Source: an uncultured virus (IMG/VR IMGVR_UViG_3300017774_007351) (lineage: Duplodnaviria; Heunggongvirae; Uroviricota; Caudoviricetes). Taken from it: 64,000 nucleotides of DNA. The DNA is taken from IMG/VR virus record IMGVR_UViG_3300017774_007351, one strand, 5' to 3'. Of this stretch, positions 8,562 to 18,051 are shown one piece after another; within the stretch, counting starts at the first letter, position 1; each line of letters begins with the position of its first letter. The notes below the pieces were generated by a model, which saw nothing but the letters and a program-made list of their open reading frames with translations, did not search any database and was not told the origin of the DNA. The position numbers and the translations under genes were made by a program.

Positions 8562-10185
8562 AAAAATGTACTCTATTATGTGTTATGGGACTAGATAAAA
8601 GGATTGCTGCATTAACTTTATTCTCTACTGTAAGATTGTAAATATGACTCATCCATGTTTGTTCATACGGGTGAGCCCATTTAGTGTCTAGAAATAACTT
8701 CTTATTTCCCTCTTGATCTATTATATGCGGCCAGTTAGAGTAGTAAATCTCTCCTTCTGCATAAGGAACCTGATTCATCGTTTTTATATTTTTAAATTTT
8801 GTGAGAGGTTTTTTATTTATATCACCAAAGTATTTAATTTTATTTTCCATTGGAACATTATGCCAACTCCATTGATCTCCATTGTGACCATAAAATTCAC
8901 TAAAACTAAATTTTAGAAAATCATATTCCTCAAGATCCATTATTCTAATTAAGTTATTAAAAAGATCGTTCACGTATTTAGAAAAGCCGAAAGAACACCT
9001 ATTTATTTTATCTAGATCTATAAGCATATCATCTTCAAAAAACATCATGTATTTTGATCCAAGCTCTGCGAAATGTTCTGCTGATAATTGACGACCTCCA
9101 CAAACACCTATATTACCTTTTCTTATTTCTTTAAATCCATATTTAGAGGATATTAAATCATATTTAGGGAATAGCTCTTCTTTATTTGTATTATTAATCA
9201 AATACTTATCTGTTTTATTCAAAAAGTTCTGATCATATTGTTCAAAAGAGTCTAGAACCATCTGTAATTGTTCTGGTGAATTAAAAGCGTTTATATACAA
9301 TACCGTATCATTACTAGATGGTTTTAATCTATTAGATGTTTTTTGTGAAAGCTTTGTTGTGTCATTTTTTACATTCTCAAAGAACGTATTTATAAGTCCA
9401 TTTCCTTCTATTTCTTCATATTCATAAACGTCTGGTTGTAGATATGTCATTAGAGTAAAGATACTCTCTTCTGTTCCCATTAAGTCAGAATTAAGAGTAT
9501 CTTTTAATAGTGAATAGTATAGCTCATTCGCTGAAGATATCGTATCCTTATGACCTCCAAAGAAACCTCCTCTAGCAACCCTATTCACATTTTCAGAATT
9601 AGCGAATTTATTCATTCCATCTATACTAAAACCATGTATTTCGCTATTTGTTTCATATGGATAGCAAATAAATAAGAATTTTTTAACTATTTTTTCTATT
9701 TTTGGTATTACTTTGTCATGAGTAAAATATCCGGGATGGACAGTATTGGTTATCCCTCCATCTATCCAGAACAAATAGTCTGTGTTAAAAAAATTAAATA
9801 TTTTTGCATTATGCAAAAGAAACATCTTACTCATGACCATAGGATTATACCATTCCATTGATCCTTGAGTGCTATCTCTAAGCCATCCTGCCTGATTATA
9901 CCATTCTGGCTTATTCCTTATTTCCTGAATTTTGTCATAGAATGGAAAAAACGAACCACCAAACTGGTCTTTTGGGTGATAAACAACGCTAGTATTCTCT
10001 CTATCTCTTATTTCCCATACGATATGTTCTATTGATGGGTCGATAAAAATACACATAGGAATATCTTTAGCAGCAAGGAGGTTCTTGAAGTTAGAGATAT
10101 AATGCTCAAAGCTTCTACCCCAACCCTCTTTAGCCTCAGACCTACCGAGATCCCATATGCCCGTTACTAGAGTAGTGTTTATCAT
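8533..10185 (-). CDS. WlaTC/HtrL-like glycosyltransferase fused to a second GT-A domain
   Basis: TLVTGIWDLGR, FWIDGG, RGGFFGG, GTEE; second domain with FFEDD. Confidence 0.7.
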   Translation of the reverse strand: MINTTLVTGIWDLGRSEAKEGWGRSFEHYISNFKNLLAAKDIPMCIFIDPSIEHIVWEIRDRENTSVVYHPKDQFGGSFFPFYDKIQEIRNKPEWYNQAGWLRDSTQGSMEWYNPMVMSKMFLLHNAKIFNFFNTDYLFWIDGGITNTVHPGYFTHDKVIPKIEKIVKKFLFICYPYETNSEIHGFSIDGMNKFANSENVNRVARGGFFGGHKDTISSANELYYSLLKDTLNSDLMGTEESIFTLMTYLQPDVYEYEEIEGNGLINTFFENVKNDTTKLSQKTSNRLKPSSNDTVLYINAFNSPEQLQMVLDSFEQYDQNFLNKTDKYLINNTNKEELFPKYDLISSKYGFKEIRKGNIGVCGGRQLSAEHFAELGSKYMMFFEDDMLIDLDKINRCSFGFSKYVNDLFNNLIRIMDLEEYDFLKFSFSEFYGHNGDQWSWHNVPMENKIKYFGDINKKPLTKFKNIKTMNQVPYAEGEIYYSNWPHIIDQEGNKKLFLDTKWAHPYEQTWMSHIYNLTVENKVNAAILLSSPITHNRVHFYEAHERKEN

Positions 10186-10230
10186 TAGAGTTAAGAGTGT
10201 ATAAAGAGATATTATTGCCGGACCTGCATA

Positions 10231-10259
10231 ATATTAACTACCTCATCTCTTACCGTCAA
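10231..10259 (-). promoter_or_regulatory. Sigma70-type promoter for the minus-strand glycosylation operon
   Basis: TTGACG-N17-TAATAT on the minus strand. Confidence 0.6.
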
Positions 10260-10285
10260 CCCAACGAACTTTTGAGAAAAGAAAC

Positions 10286-10314
10286 TTGACAAAAAGCCAA
10301 AAAAAGTGTATACA
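10286..10314 (+). promoter_or_regulatory. Sigma70-type promoter
   Basis: TTGACA-N17-TATACA; overlaps an AGTGTAT variant of the late motif. Confidence 0.6.
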
Positions 10315-10369
10315 TAGATTGTGTCGATTCGGTCATTTCTATAACACTTAAGATATTTATGTAAATTCA

Positions 10370-10564
10370 ATGAAAAGGCAGCAACCAGAAGACGATTTTG
10401 ACAATAAGGAAATTAGAAGAAAAAAATTCCAGGAAAGGAATACATTCAAGGGACACAAGAATGAACCCACCGTTTCCCATTCTCTAAAAAAAGAACTCCA
10501 GAAGAAAAAACAAGAGCTTGAAGAGGATGATTGGGAGGAATGGGAAAGGCACTATAATAGGTAA
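10370..10564 (+). CDS. Small highly charged hypothetical protein
   Basis: First ORF after the promoter; acidic/Trp C-terminus. Confidence 0.6.
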   Translation: MKRQQPEDDFDNKEIRRKKFQERNTFKGHKNEPTVSHSLKKELQKKKQELEEDDWEEWERHYNR

Positions 10565-10566
10565 TT

Positions 10567-10821
10567 ATGGAAAAATTTATAGAAGAAATAAATAGTGGAG
10601 ATTGTTTTGAAATCGAAAACAAAAGATTTCTCTTAACATCTGACTATAAGAAGAGCGGAGACAGACTTGCAATAGATATAGCTAATGGTAATTCAAGATG
10701 GTTTAAGTCAGATTGCCATGTGTTCGTTTTGAGCTTATATATTATGGATAGCGAAAATAATTTCATGCCCATAAAAGAAGACAAATCGGATGTTCCTAAT
10801 CAAGCTAAAGACCTTTTTTAA
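10567..10821 (+). CDS. Small beta-rich hypothetical protein (SH3/KOW-like pattern)
   Basis: IEEINSGDCF pattern; operon packing. Confidence 0.55.
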   Translation: MEKFIEEINSGDCFEIENKRFLLTSDYKKSGDRLAIDIANGNSRWFKSDCHVFVLSLYIMDSENNFMPIKEDKSDVPNQAKDLF

Positions 10822-11035
10822 GTCTCTGTTATTTCATGTTTACGCTGGATTTCCAAAGTCCACGCAATCTCAAATTAATGAGAGATACTCTATATGTATA
10901 GATTGTGATAAGTTTGATAAAATCAGATCTGAATGTATGGTTTGCGGATGTTCTCTTAGTAAAAAGCGGGTCTTTTTAAATAAACTAGCATGGGCTGATC
11001 AAGAATGTCCAGTAGGCAAATGGTCTAAAATATAA
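10790..11035 (+). CDS. Small Cys-rich metal-binding protein
   Basis: R..IC..C...C..CGC...K.....CP.GKW. Confidence 0.7.
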   Translation: MFLIKLKTFFKSLLFHVYAGFPKSTQSQINERYSICIDCDKFDKIRSECMVCGCSLSKKRVFLNKLAWADQECPVGKWSKI

Positions 11036-11045
11036 AGGATAAAAA

Positions 11046-11606
11046 ATGCCAACTAAGATTCAACAAAACAATAAAAAATATAATTTAGTAAATAATGGTG
11101 ATATATTTGATATTGCCAAAAAAAGAGTTACTACAGACAACATGGGAGCGACTGTATTTATTCCTCATGTTTGTAACAACATTGATTTATTCGATGCTGG
11201 TTTTGCTGGTCAAGTAGCTCAATTATATCCAGAAGTAAAAGCTAATTACCACATATTAGGAAAAAGTTTTTTAAAAAATAATCTTGGTCACTCGCAAATT
11301 ATTAAGGTTTACGAACAACCCAAATATAAGCACAAACTATATTTTGTAAATATGATTGCCCAAAATGGAGTGAAAAACCCAAATAATCAAAGACCACTAA
11401 ATTATGCTGGTTTAGTTAGAAGTATGATTCAGGTAAGCCAATACATTCATAGTAATACTGGATTTCTTAAAAAGAACGAGAATATCGAAATACACGCACC
11501 AAAATTCGGGAGTGGATTAGCTGGTGGAAACTGGAACTTTATTAGCGATTTAATAGAAGATATTTGGGGCAAGTATAACGTATTTATTTATAATCCTAAG
11601 AACTGA
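11046..11606 (+). CDS. Macrodomain protein (TARG1/DarG/Poa1p-like)
   Basis: PHVCNN...AGFA, VNMIAQ, PKFGSGLAGGNW. Confidence 0.85.
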   Translation: MPTKIQQNNKKYNLVNNGDIFDIAKKRVTTDNMGATVFIPHVCNNIDLFDAGFAGQVAQLYPEVKANYHILGKSFLKNNLGHSQIIKVYEQPKYKHKLYFVNMIAQNGVKNPNNQRPLNYAGLVRSMIQVSQYIHSNTGFLKKNENIEIHAPKFGSGLAGGNWNFISDLIEDIWGKYNVFIYNPKN

Positions 11607-11624
11607 TACTTCTAGTGTTTCATC

Positions 11625-12254
11625 ATGGACAATAAAAAAATTCTCGTATTGGGTGGAACTCAAATGCTTGGTAGAGATTTTGTTGAAACATTATGCTCAA
11701 ATAATAGCTCGTTTACTATAACACTAGCTAACAGAGGAGTAACTAATCCTTCTCTATTTCATGATCTTAAAAAACTAAAAATAGATAGAGATCAAATAGA
11801 ATCATATATTACTCTAAACCAAGAACAATTTGACATAGTAGTCGATTTTTCTTGCTATACTGTTGATCATCTAATAAGCTCACTAAAGAACATAAGATAC
11901 AAAAAATATATCTTGATTTCTACACAAAGCGTATTTGATACTAATCTTATTGATTCTAATGACTATAGTAATTCATATTGGAGATACTGCTATAATAAGA
12001 AACAAATTGAAAATCTTATACATGCAGATCACTCCATAAATAATATTGCATTAGTTAGACCATGCGCTGTATATGGAGATCATGACTATACCTATAGGTT
12101 TGAGAAAATAGGAGACCAATATTATTGGAGACAGACAGGAACAAAAGTCTCTGATACAAATGGGTGTGTTTTTGTAAGGAGGGTTACAGAAAAGATAATA
12201 GAGCTTTTATATGAAGAACAATCAGAAAGAATATCTTACTATAACATAGGATGA
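11625..12254 (+). CDS. NAD-dependent epimerase/dehydratase (atypical SDR)
   Basis: LVLGGTQMLG, YxxxK, VRPCAVYG. Confidence 0.8.
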   Translation: MDNKKILVLGGTQMLGRDFVETLCSNNSSFTITLANRGVTNPSLFHDLKKLKIDRDQIESYITLNQEQFDIVVDFSCYTVDHLISSLKNIRYKKYILISTQSVFDTNLIDSNDYSNSYWRYCYNKKQIENLIHADHSINNIALVRPCAVYGDHDYTYRFEKIGDQYYWRQTGTKVSDTNGCVFVRRVTEKIIELLYEEQSERISYYNIG

Positions 12255-12258
12255 ACAT

Positions 12259-13164
12259 ATGTATATATTAAATACTGAAAAATCAATATTAGATTCCCTC
12301 AAGAGTCATCCATACATAAATGAACATATCAATATTGAATATTATACAGATCCTTTCAATCATATAAGACTTACTAATGTTTTTAATGCAGAAATTTATC
12401 AAAGTCTATGTGATAATTTTATGGCGTATATTAATAGAACTACGCCATATAAAGATCAGCCAGGAGCAGTACATGATTACGCAGGATATATTTATGGCAT
12501 GAGACCAGAAGATTGTGTTAATGGATATGAGTTCTTTATTGATCCCTCTTGGAGGCAGTTTTCTGCTGATACTTTTAATATCGAATTAAATCAACACACA
12601 GCATTAAGTGCTCATTGGCATAAAGCTCCGGCTAAACCAGGCTTTGTTCATAGAGATCTTAATATTGTTTGCAACTCTCCTGCTCATGATGAAAATATTA
12701 AGTTAACAGGAGAAGTTTATTATTCTGATGATTCAATAGACTATCAGCCCAATACACAGAAAATGATAAGAAGTGTTGCTCTTCTTTTCTATCTCAACAA
12801 TAAAGACCATTGGGAGCCATCAGATAAAGGAGGGACTAGTATTTATAGTGGCTGGAATTTTGATACCTTTATAAAAGAAGTTCCACCAGAAAATAATAGC
12901 ATATTCATTTTTGAAGTTTGCCCCAATTCTTTTCATGGATTCTCAGGATCAAATTTTGACAGATCTTCTATGGTTCAGTGGTTTCATTCAAGTCCAGCAT
13001 ACCAATTTCATAGACATCTTTCATTAACCAAAGAATATCATAAAAAATTTAAAGCATCATATGAGAGATGGAATCCAAAAAATAATCCATGGCCCATAGA
13101 AAATGATCAAGAATATTCTAAATATTTCAACAAACCTTTTTACGAGTCTCTTAATGAAGAATAA
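12259..13164 (+). CDS. 2OG-Fe(II) oxygenase (prolyl-hydroxylase-like)
   Basis: HRD, LLFYLN, GGT, SFHG and RSS motifs. Confidence 0.8.
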   Translation: MYILNTEKSILDSLKSHPYINEHINIEYYTDPFNHIRLTNVFNAEIYQSLCDNFMAYINRTTPYKDQPGAVHDYAGYIYGMRPEDCVNGYEFFIDPSWRQFSADTFNIELNQHTALSAHWHKAPAKPGFVHRDLNIVCNSPAHDENIKLTGEVYYSDDSIDYQPNTQKMIRSVALLFYLNNKDHWEPSDKGGTSIYSGWNFDTFIKEVPPENNSIFIFEVCPNSFHGFSGSNFDRSSMVQWFHSSPAYQFHRHLSLTKEYHKKFKASYERWNPKNNPWPIENDQEYSKYFNKPFYESLNEE

Positions 13165-13528
13165 TCATATTATAGTTAATAAAAAATGGGGTTATGAAGT
13201 TTGGATTGAAAACAATAATCTATATTGCGGAAAACATTTACATGTCTTACCACAAAAATATTGTTCTGTTCACTATCATAAGAATAAAAAAGAAACCTTT
13301 TATGTTACCAAAGGAGAGCTGTCTTTACAGTATTCAGTCAATCTTAATAAGGACATATGGGATCTTGGATTAGTAGAAATTCTTGTTCTCAGACAAGGAG
13401 AAAGCTTTACTATAGACCCATATACTGCCCATAGATTTACAAGCAATACTGGATATCCATGCGATTTTATAGAGATATCCACACATCATGATGACAATGA
13501 TTCATATAGAATAATAGAAAGCATATGA
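13154..13528 (+). CDS. Cupin (sugar isomerase-like)
   Basis: KKWGYE, SVHYHKNKKETF, HRF, EIST. Confidence 0.8.
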   Translation: MKNNHIIVNKKWGYEVWIENNNLYCGKHLHVLPQKYCSVHYHKNKKETFYVTKGELSLQYSVNLNKDIWDLGLVEILVLRQGESFTIDPYTAHRFTSNTGYPCDFIEISTHHDDNDSYRIIESI

Positions 13529-13827
13529 TATATTTTATAGATATAGATAATACAATTTGTCAAACCAATGAAAGCGACTACCATAATAGTCAACCAATCA
13601 AATCAAGAATAGAAAAAATAAATGCCCTATATAAAGCTGGTCATGATATCATTTATTGGACTGCTCGCGGAGGCAATAGCGGAATTGATTGGCAAGACTT
13701 CACATCTGCCCAACTAGATATGTGGGGTTGTTTAAGACATCAATTAATCGTTGGCAAGCCTAAGTATGACTATTACATAGATGATAAAGCAATTAATTCT
13801 GAAACTTTCTTTGAAAAGGTAACGTAA
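13525..13827 (+). CDS. Small HAD phosphatase
   Basis: DIDNT, WTARG, GKP, IDDK. Confidence 0.85.
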   Translation: MIYFIDIDNTICQTNESDYHNSQPIKSRIEKINALYKAGHDIIYWTARGGNSGIDWQDFTSAQLDMWGCLRHQLIVGKPKYDYYIDDKAINSETFFEKVT

Positions 13828-14429
13828 TGCATCCAGAATATTGGCTTATAGATCCAACAGTAAAAACAATAGAAAAAATAAAGAACAGGAATATTGCTTT
13901 AGATATTGGAGCAAATGTTGGAAGTTGGTGTGATGCTTTGTGTCCTATATTTAATAGAGTTATCGCAATAGAACCTGATTATCGAGCTTACTCTAAGATA
14001 ATATCCAGACCTAATTTAATGATACTAAGTCTTGCAGTAGCAGAAGTCACCGAAACAAAAACCCTTTTTAAAAGACAAGAATCTGGTCAAAACTCACTAC
14101 TAAAAAAACATCCTATTGTAGATCAATTAAATGGAGATCTTCCATATATAGAAGAACAAAAAATAGAATGCATGTCTATGGACGACATAATGACAGATGG
14201 TGCTGATTTTGTTAAAATTGATATAGAAGGAGCAGAAGTTTTAGCATTACAAGGATGTCAAGATATAAACAAATGGCAAAAAACAACATTTTTAATAGAA
14301 TGCCATGACACATATGAAGAAGTAGAAAAACAATTAATTAGATTAAATAAGAAAAGCTTAAAAATCAAACATCCTTCTAGTGATGCACACCCTGGACATT
14401 GTTGGATTATAGCAGAACCAAAAGAGTAG
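13827..14429 (+). CDS. FkbM-family methyltransferase
   Basis: LDIGANVG, IEP, KIDIEGAE. Confidence 0.9.
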   Translation: MHPEYWLIDPTVKTIEKIKNRNIALDIGANVGSWCDALCPIFNRVIAIEPDYRAYSKIISRPNLMILSLAVAEVTETKTLFKRQESGQNSLLKKHPIVDQLNGDLPYIEEQKIECMSMDDIMTDGADFVKIDIEGAEVLALQGCQDINKWQKTTFLIECHDTYEEVEKQLIRLNKKSLKIKHPSSDAHPGHCWIIAEPKE

Positions 14430-14439
14430 GACTATAATA

Positions 14440-15198
14440 ATGAAAATTTTAGTAGTTGGAGAGTCATGCGTAGATGAATATGTTTTTGGATATTGTGATA
14501 GAATATGTCCAGAAGCACCGGCTATGTGTTTTAAAAGTAATAATGAAATTAAGTCTAATTTAGGTATGGCTGGTAATGTACTAACAAATATTTTGTCTTT
14601 AAAATCAGATATTAAAGTAGATATTATTACAAACTTAGATTCTTCTATTATTAAAAGAAGGTTTGTAGATAAAAGATACAATGCTATTGTTTTTCGACAC
14701 GACATCAAGGATTCTTGCTCTAGAATAGAAATAGATAAACACGACTATTCAGGATATGATGCAATTGTATTCTCTGATTATTGTAAAGGATTCTTAACAG
14801 AAATAGACATATCTAATATTCTCAAAAGAATAGACAAGCACTGCATTAGTTTTATTGACACTAAGAAAAAAATATCAGATTTCGTCAGTGGTTTCAATTT
14901 TCTTAAAATTAATTCCAAAGAGTTTCATGATAATATAGAAGATATAAATAAAACAAAATTATTGTGTGATATTATCGTTACCAAAGGAGAGCACGGAGCG
15001 GTACATATAGAGAAGAATAAAGAAACATTATATGAAACACAAAAAATAGATATTAGAGACGTATGCGGAGCAGGAGACACTTTTCTTGCAGCTCTTGTTA
15101 TTAAATATTTAGAAACTAGAAAAATTTCAGATAGTATTAATTATGCTAATATTTGTGCTGGTAAAGTTGTGTCTCATTTCGGAGTATGTACTCCATGA
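14440..15198 (+). CDS. Heptose-7-phosphate kinase (RfaE/HldE domain I, PfkB family)
   Basis: RICPEAP, GMAGNV, SDYCKG, DVCGAGDTF. Confidence 0.88.
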   Translation: MKILVVGESCVDEYVFGYCDRICPEAPAMCFKSNNEIKSNLGMAGNVLTNILSLKSDIKVDIITNLDSSIIKRRFVDKRYNAIVFRHDIKDSCSRIEIDKHDYSGYDAIVFSDYCKGFLTEIDISNILKRIDKHCISFIDTKKKISDFVSGFNFLKINSKEFHDNIEDINKTKLLCDIIVTKGEHGAVHIEKNKETLYETQKIDIRDVCGAGDTFLAALVIKYLETRKISDSINYANICAGKVVSHFGVCTP

Positions 15199-15602
15199 CA
15201 AATATCTGGACCAATGGATGCTATGATGTAATTCATATTGGACATATTAAACTATTTGAAAAAGCTAAATCTCTAGGAGACTGTCTGATAGTTGGCATAG
15301 ATAGCGATAAAAGAGTCAAGCAATTAAAAGGAAATAATCGACCGATAAACTGTCAAGAATATAGAAAAATTACTTTACAATCTATTAAGTTTATAGATAA
15401 GGTATTTATATTTGATACAGAGGAGGAATTGAAAGAATTGATTAAAAATAACGATATTGACACAATGGTTATAGGAGATGACTATAAAGACAAAAAAATA
15501 GTCGGATCTGAATTTTCTAAAAAAGTATTATTTTTCCCCAAATTACCCAATATATCATCATCATTTATAATATATGAATCCAATAACCAAAGCACAGCTT
15601 GA
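15195..15602 (+). CDS. Heptose-1-phosphate adenylyltransferase (RfaE/HldE domain II)
   Basis: TNGCYDVIHIGH, GIDSD..V..LKG..RPI. Confidence 0.88.
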   Translation: MTNIWTNGCYDVIHIGHIKLFEKAKSLGDCLIVGIDSDKRVKQLKGNNRPINCQEYRKITLQSIKFIDKVFIFDTEEELKELIKNNDIDTMVIGDDYKDKKIVGSEFSKKVLFFPKLPNISSSFIIYESNNQSTA

Positions 15603-15978
15603 TCTAATATCAGAACAATTAGACGATACTGGTTCTCCTAGATTACTTTTAATATTACCAGAGAGCGCAGGAGATATACTACTAGCTACCTCTCTATTTG
15701 CTTCTTTAAAAGAAGCATATCCAACACATGATATGTATTTTGCTTGTCAAGAAACATTTTTTGATATTCTAAAAAATAATCCATATATCTATAAAGTTAT
15801 TGAATATAGCATACCTATGAGCAATCAGATATTAATGGAAGGAACAGGTAGTTGGTCTGGTCTTTTTGATATTTCTATATTCCTATCTGGTTATACTCAA
15901 CTATATACAAACTATTTAAATAATGGTAAAACAAAAATTTTACTTCCACTAAAGAGAGAAAAACATGCATCTAGTTGA
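15574..15978 (+). CDS. GT9 heptosyltransferase-like, N-terminal half
   Basis: SAGDILLATSL..LK..YP, NPYI..VI. Confidence 0.7.
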   Translation: MNPITKAQLDLISEQLDDTGSPRLLLILPESAGDILLATSLFASLKEAYPTHDMYFACQETFFDILKNNPYIYKVIEYSIPMSNQILMEGTGSWSGLFDISIFLSGYTQLYTNYLNNGKTKILLPLKREKHASS

Positions 15979-16519
15979 ATCCTATGCACTAACTTGTGGT
16001 TGCTTTATTGATGAGTGTTTTATAGAAGAAGAAATAATAGATCTTCCTAAAAATAAATATATCACTTTACATTCTTATAATCCAAAAGGAACATCTAGAC
16101 AATATCTCCATTGGAATAATGTAATATCAAATTTGCAAAAAAACGATAAATTTGATTATGATATTATACAAATTGGTGGTGTTGATGATTATAGATACGA
16201 TATAAATACTGAATATCTAGGAAAAACATCCTACAATAGCTTGGCTTATTTAATTAAAAATAGTTCGCTACATCTTGGTTTTGATAGTATGCCTGTTCAT
16301 CTTGCTTCTCATTTTAAAAAGAAGATAGTAGCAATATATCCTCGCTATAATGCAAATACCGGTCCATATTTTTCTGATCCAAAAGACACTATTTTATTTG
16401 ATGCATACAAATATACAACAGTCAAACCCATATTTAGCAACGATGATGAACTTGGACTAATTAGTAAAATACCGCCAAAAGAAATTTCTGATGCTGTATT
16501 GACACTACTGGGTATCTAA
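15965..16519 (+). CDS. GT9 heptosyltransferase-like, C-terminal half
   Basis: IIQIGG, GKTS, LHLGFDSMPVHLA. Confidence 0.75.
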   Translation: MHLVESYALTCGCFIDECFIEEEIIDLPKNKYITLHSYNPKGTSRQYLHWNNVISNLQKNDKFDYDIIQIGGVDDYRYDINTEYLGKTSYNSLAYLIKNSSLHLGFDSMPVHLASHFKKKIVAIYPRYNANTGPYFSDPKDTILFDAYKYTTVKPIFSNDDELGLISKIPPKEISDAVLTLLGI

Positions 16520-16529
16520 AAAAAGAGAT

Positions 16530-16558
16530 TTGACCACAGACACTCCAAGACCTATAAT
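16530..16558 (+). promoter_or_regulatory. Strong sigma70-type promoter
   Basis: TTGACC-N17-TATAAT. Confidence 0.8.
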
Positions 16559-16602
16559 ACATCAATTGGGGTTTCGATTTTAGTTACTTTGGAGATGCAG
16601 TC

Positions 16603-16752
16603 ATGGATTTTATTCTGGGTTGTATATTTTTAGTTGGTGCATTTGCTGGATTCATTTCGGCTCTTAAGGAAATGAGAGAATTCAAAGAAGGAAAAATTAA
16701 AGGAGTCAAATCATCAAAGGGATTATTTGATTTTCTTTTCTCTAATAATTAA
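16603..16752 (+). CDS. 49-aa membrane protein (absent from the ORF track)
   Basis: GGAG RBS; MDFILGCIFLVGAFAGFISALKEMREFKEGKIKGVKSSKGLFDFLFSNN. Confidence 0.7.
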   Translation: MDFILGCIFLVGAFAGFISALKEMREFKEGKIKGVKSSKGLFDFLFSNN

Positions 16753-16766
16753 AAAGGAATATCTAG

Positions 16767-17294
16767 ATGAGCAGAAAGAGTGAAGATAGCGAAACTCAAA
16801 AAGCTAGAAATGTATTATCTAAATTTTGTAATGGAATTGGTATTGATATGGGATTCGGCGGGTCTGCTATAGTGAATTCAGCTATCACATTTGATAAAGA
16901 TAAACCATACGGTGATCCTTGGGAATACCATAGACAAATTTTAAGAGGAGATTGTAAAAATCTTAGTTTTATATGCGATAATGCATTAGACTACATTTAT
17001 TCCTCTCATTTACTTGAAGACTTTTACTATCATGAATTAAAGGATATTCTGATTGAATGGAGACGAACCCTAATTGATGGTGGTTTATTGGTGATAAATT
17101 GTCCAGATCAACAGAAATTCTTGAGTCACTGCGCTAGAACTGGTCAAGGAATAAACGAAGCTCACAAAGAACCAGACTTTTCCTTACATACATTTAAACT
17201 TGTTTTGGAACAAACAGGACAATGGGAAAAGATATTTGAACAAGAAACAGACAACGTTTATTCCTGGTATCTGGTATTAAAAAAAGTAAATTAA
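16767..17294 (+). CDS. Class I SAM methyltransferase
   Basis: IDMGFGG, DYIYSSHLLE, EWRRTLIDGG. Confidence 0.8.
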   Translation: MSRKSEDSETQKARNVLSKFCNGIGIDMGFGGSAIVNSAITFDKDKPYGDPWEYHRQILRGDCKNLSFICDNALDYIYSSHLLEDFYYHELKDILIEWRRTLIDGGLLVINCPDQQKFLSHCARTGQGINEAHKEPDFSLHTFKLVLEQTGQWEKIFEQETDNVYSWYLVLKKVN

Positions 17295-17306
17295 CTTATC
17301 AATAAA

Positions 17307-17837
17307 ATGCATAGACTGAAAAATCAAAGAGTATATCTTGCTGGGGCTATGGATAGAGTTCCAGACAGAGGGGCAACATGGAGAGATAATATAACTCCAT
17401 TTTTAGATCAGATGGGAATAGAGGTTTTTAATCCAATTACTAAGCCAACAAATATTGGACTTGAAGATCGTGACACTCATACGATTAAAACTAAACTAAA
17501 ACAACAGGAAAGATATGATGAGCTTTCATCTATGATGAAGACTATCAGATCTGTTGACTTAAGACTTGTTGATATTAGTGACTTTATGATCGTGAATCTA
17601 GATCTTAATACTCATCCTTGTGGAACACTAGAAGAAATTTTTTGGGCAAATAGACAGAAAAAACCTATTATAGTGCATATGGTTCAGGGCAAAATTCAAA
17701 CTCCAGATTGGCTGTTCGGTACAATACCTCATCAAATGATTTTTTCAACATGGGAAGAAATCAGATCACACCTAAACCATATAGATACGGCAGAAAATAT
17801 AAACACCTATAATAGATGGTATTTCTTTTCAGTATGA
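17307..17837 (+). CDS. Nucleoside 2-deoxyribosyltransferase / nucleotide N-hydrolase-like protein
   Basis: VYLAGAM, VFNP, D...V..SD, GTLEE. Confidence 0.75.
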   Translation: MHRLKNQRVYLAGAMDRVPDRGATWRDNITPFLDQMGIEVFNPITKPTNIGLEDRDTHTIKTKLKQQERYDELSSMMKTIRSVDLRLVDISDFMIVNLDLNTHPCGTLEEIFWANRQKKPIIVHMVQGKIQTPDWLFGTIPHQMIFSTWEEIRSHLNHIDTAENINTYNRWYFFSV

Positions 17838-17847
17838 GCCAAACACT

Positions 17848-18051
17848 ATGCCCAAATACTATGTCCAATCTGGACAAATTAAGTCCATCATAGATAAACC
17901 AGATCATAGGTCTGCGATTATCCATATACTTAAAAAGTATTACGGTAAAGGATTTTTAACGGTAGAAAAAATTTGCTTAAGCGAAACGGGCTGGACAAAA
18001 GATCTTATTTGTTATGATATTGATCCATTTTTAAAAGAAATAATGAAATGA
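17848..18051 (+). CDS. Hypothetical protein
   Basis: Operon packing. Confidence 0.55.
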   Translation: MPKYYVQSGQIKSIIDKPDHRSAIIHILKKYYGKGFLTVEKICLSETGWTKDLICYDIDPFLKEIMK

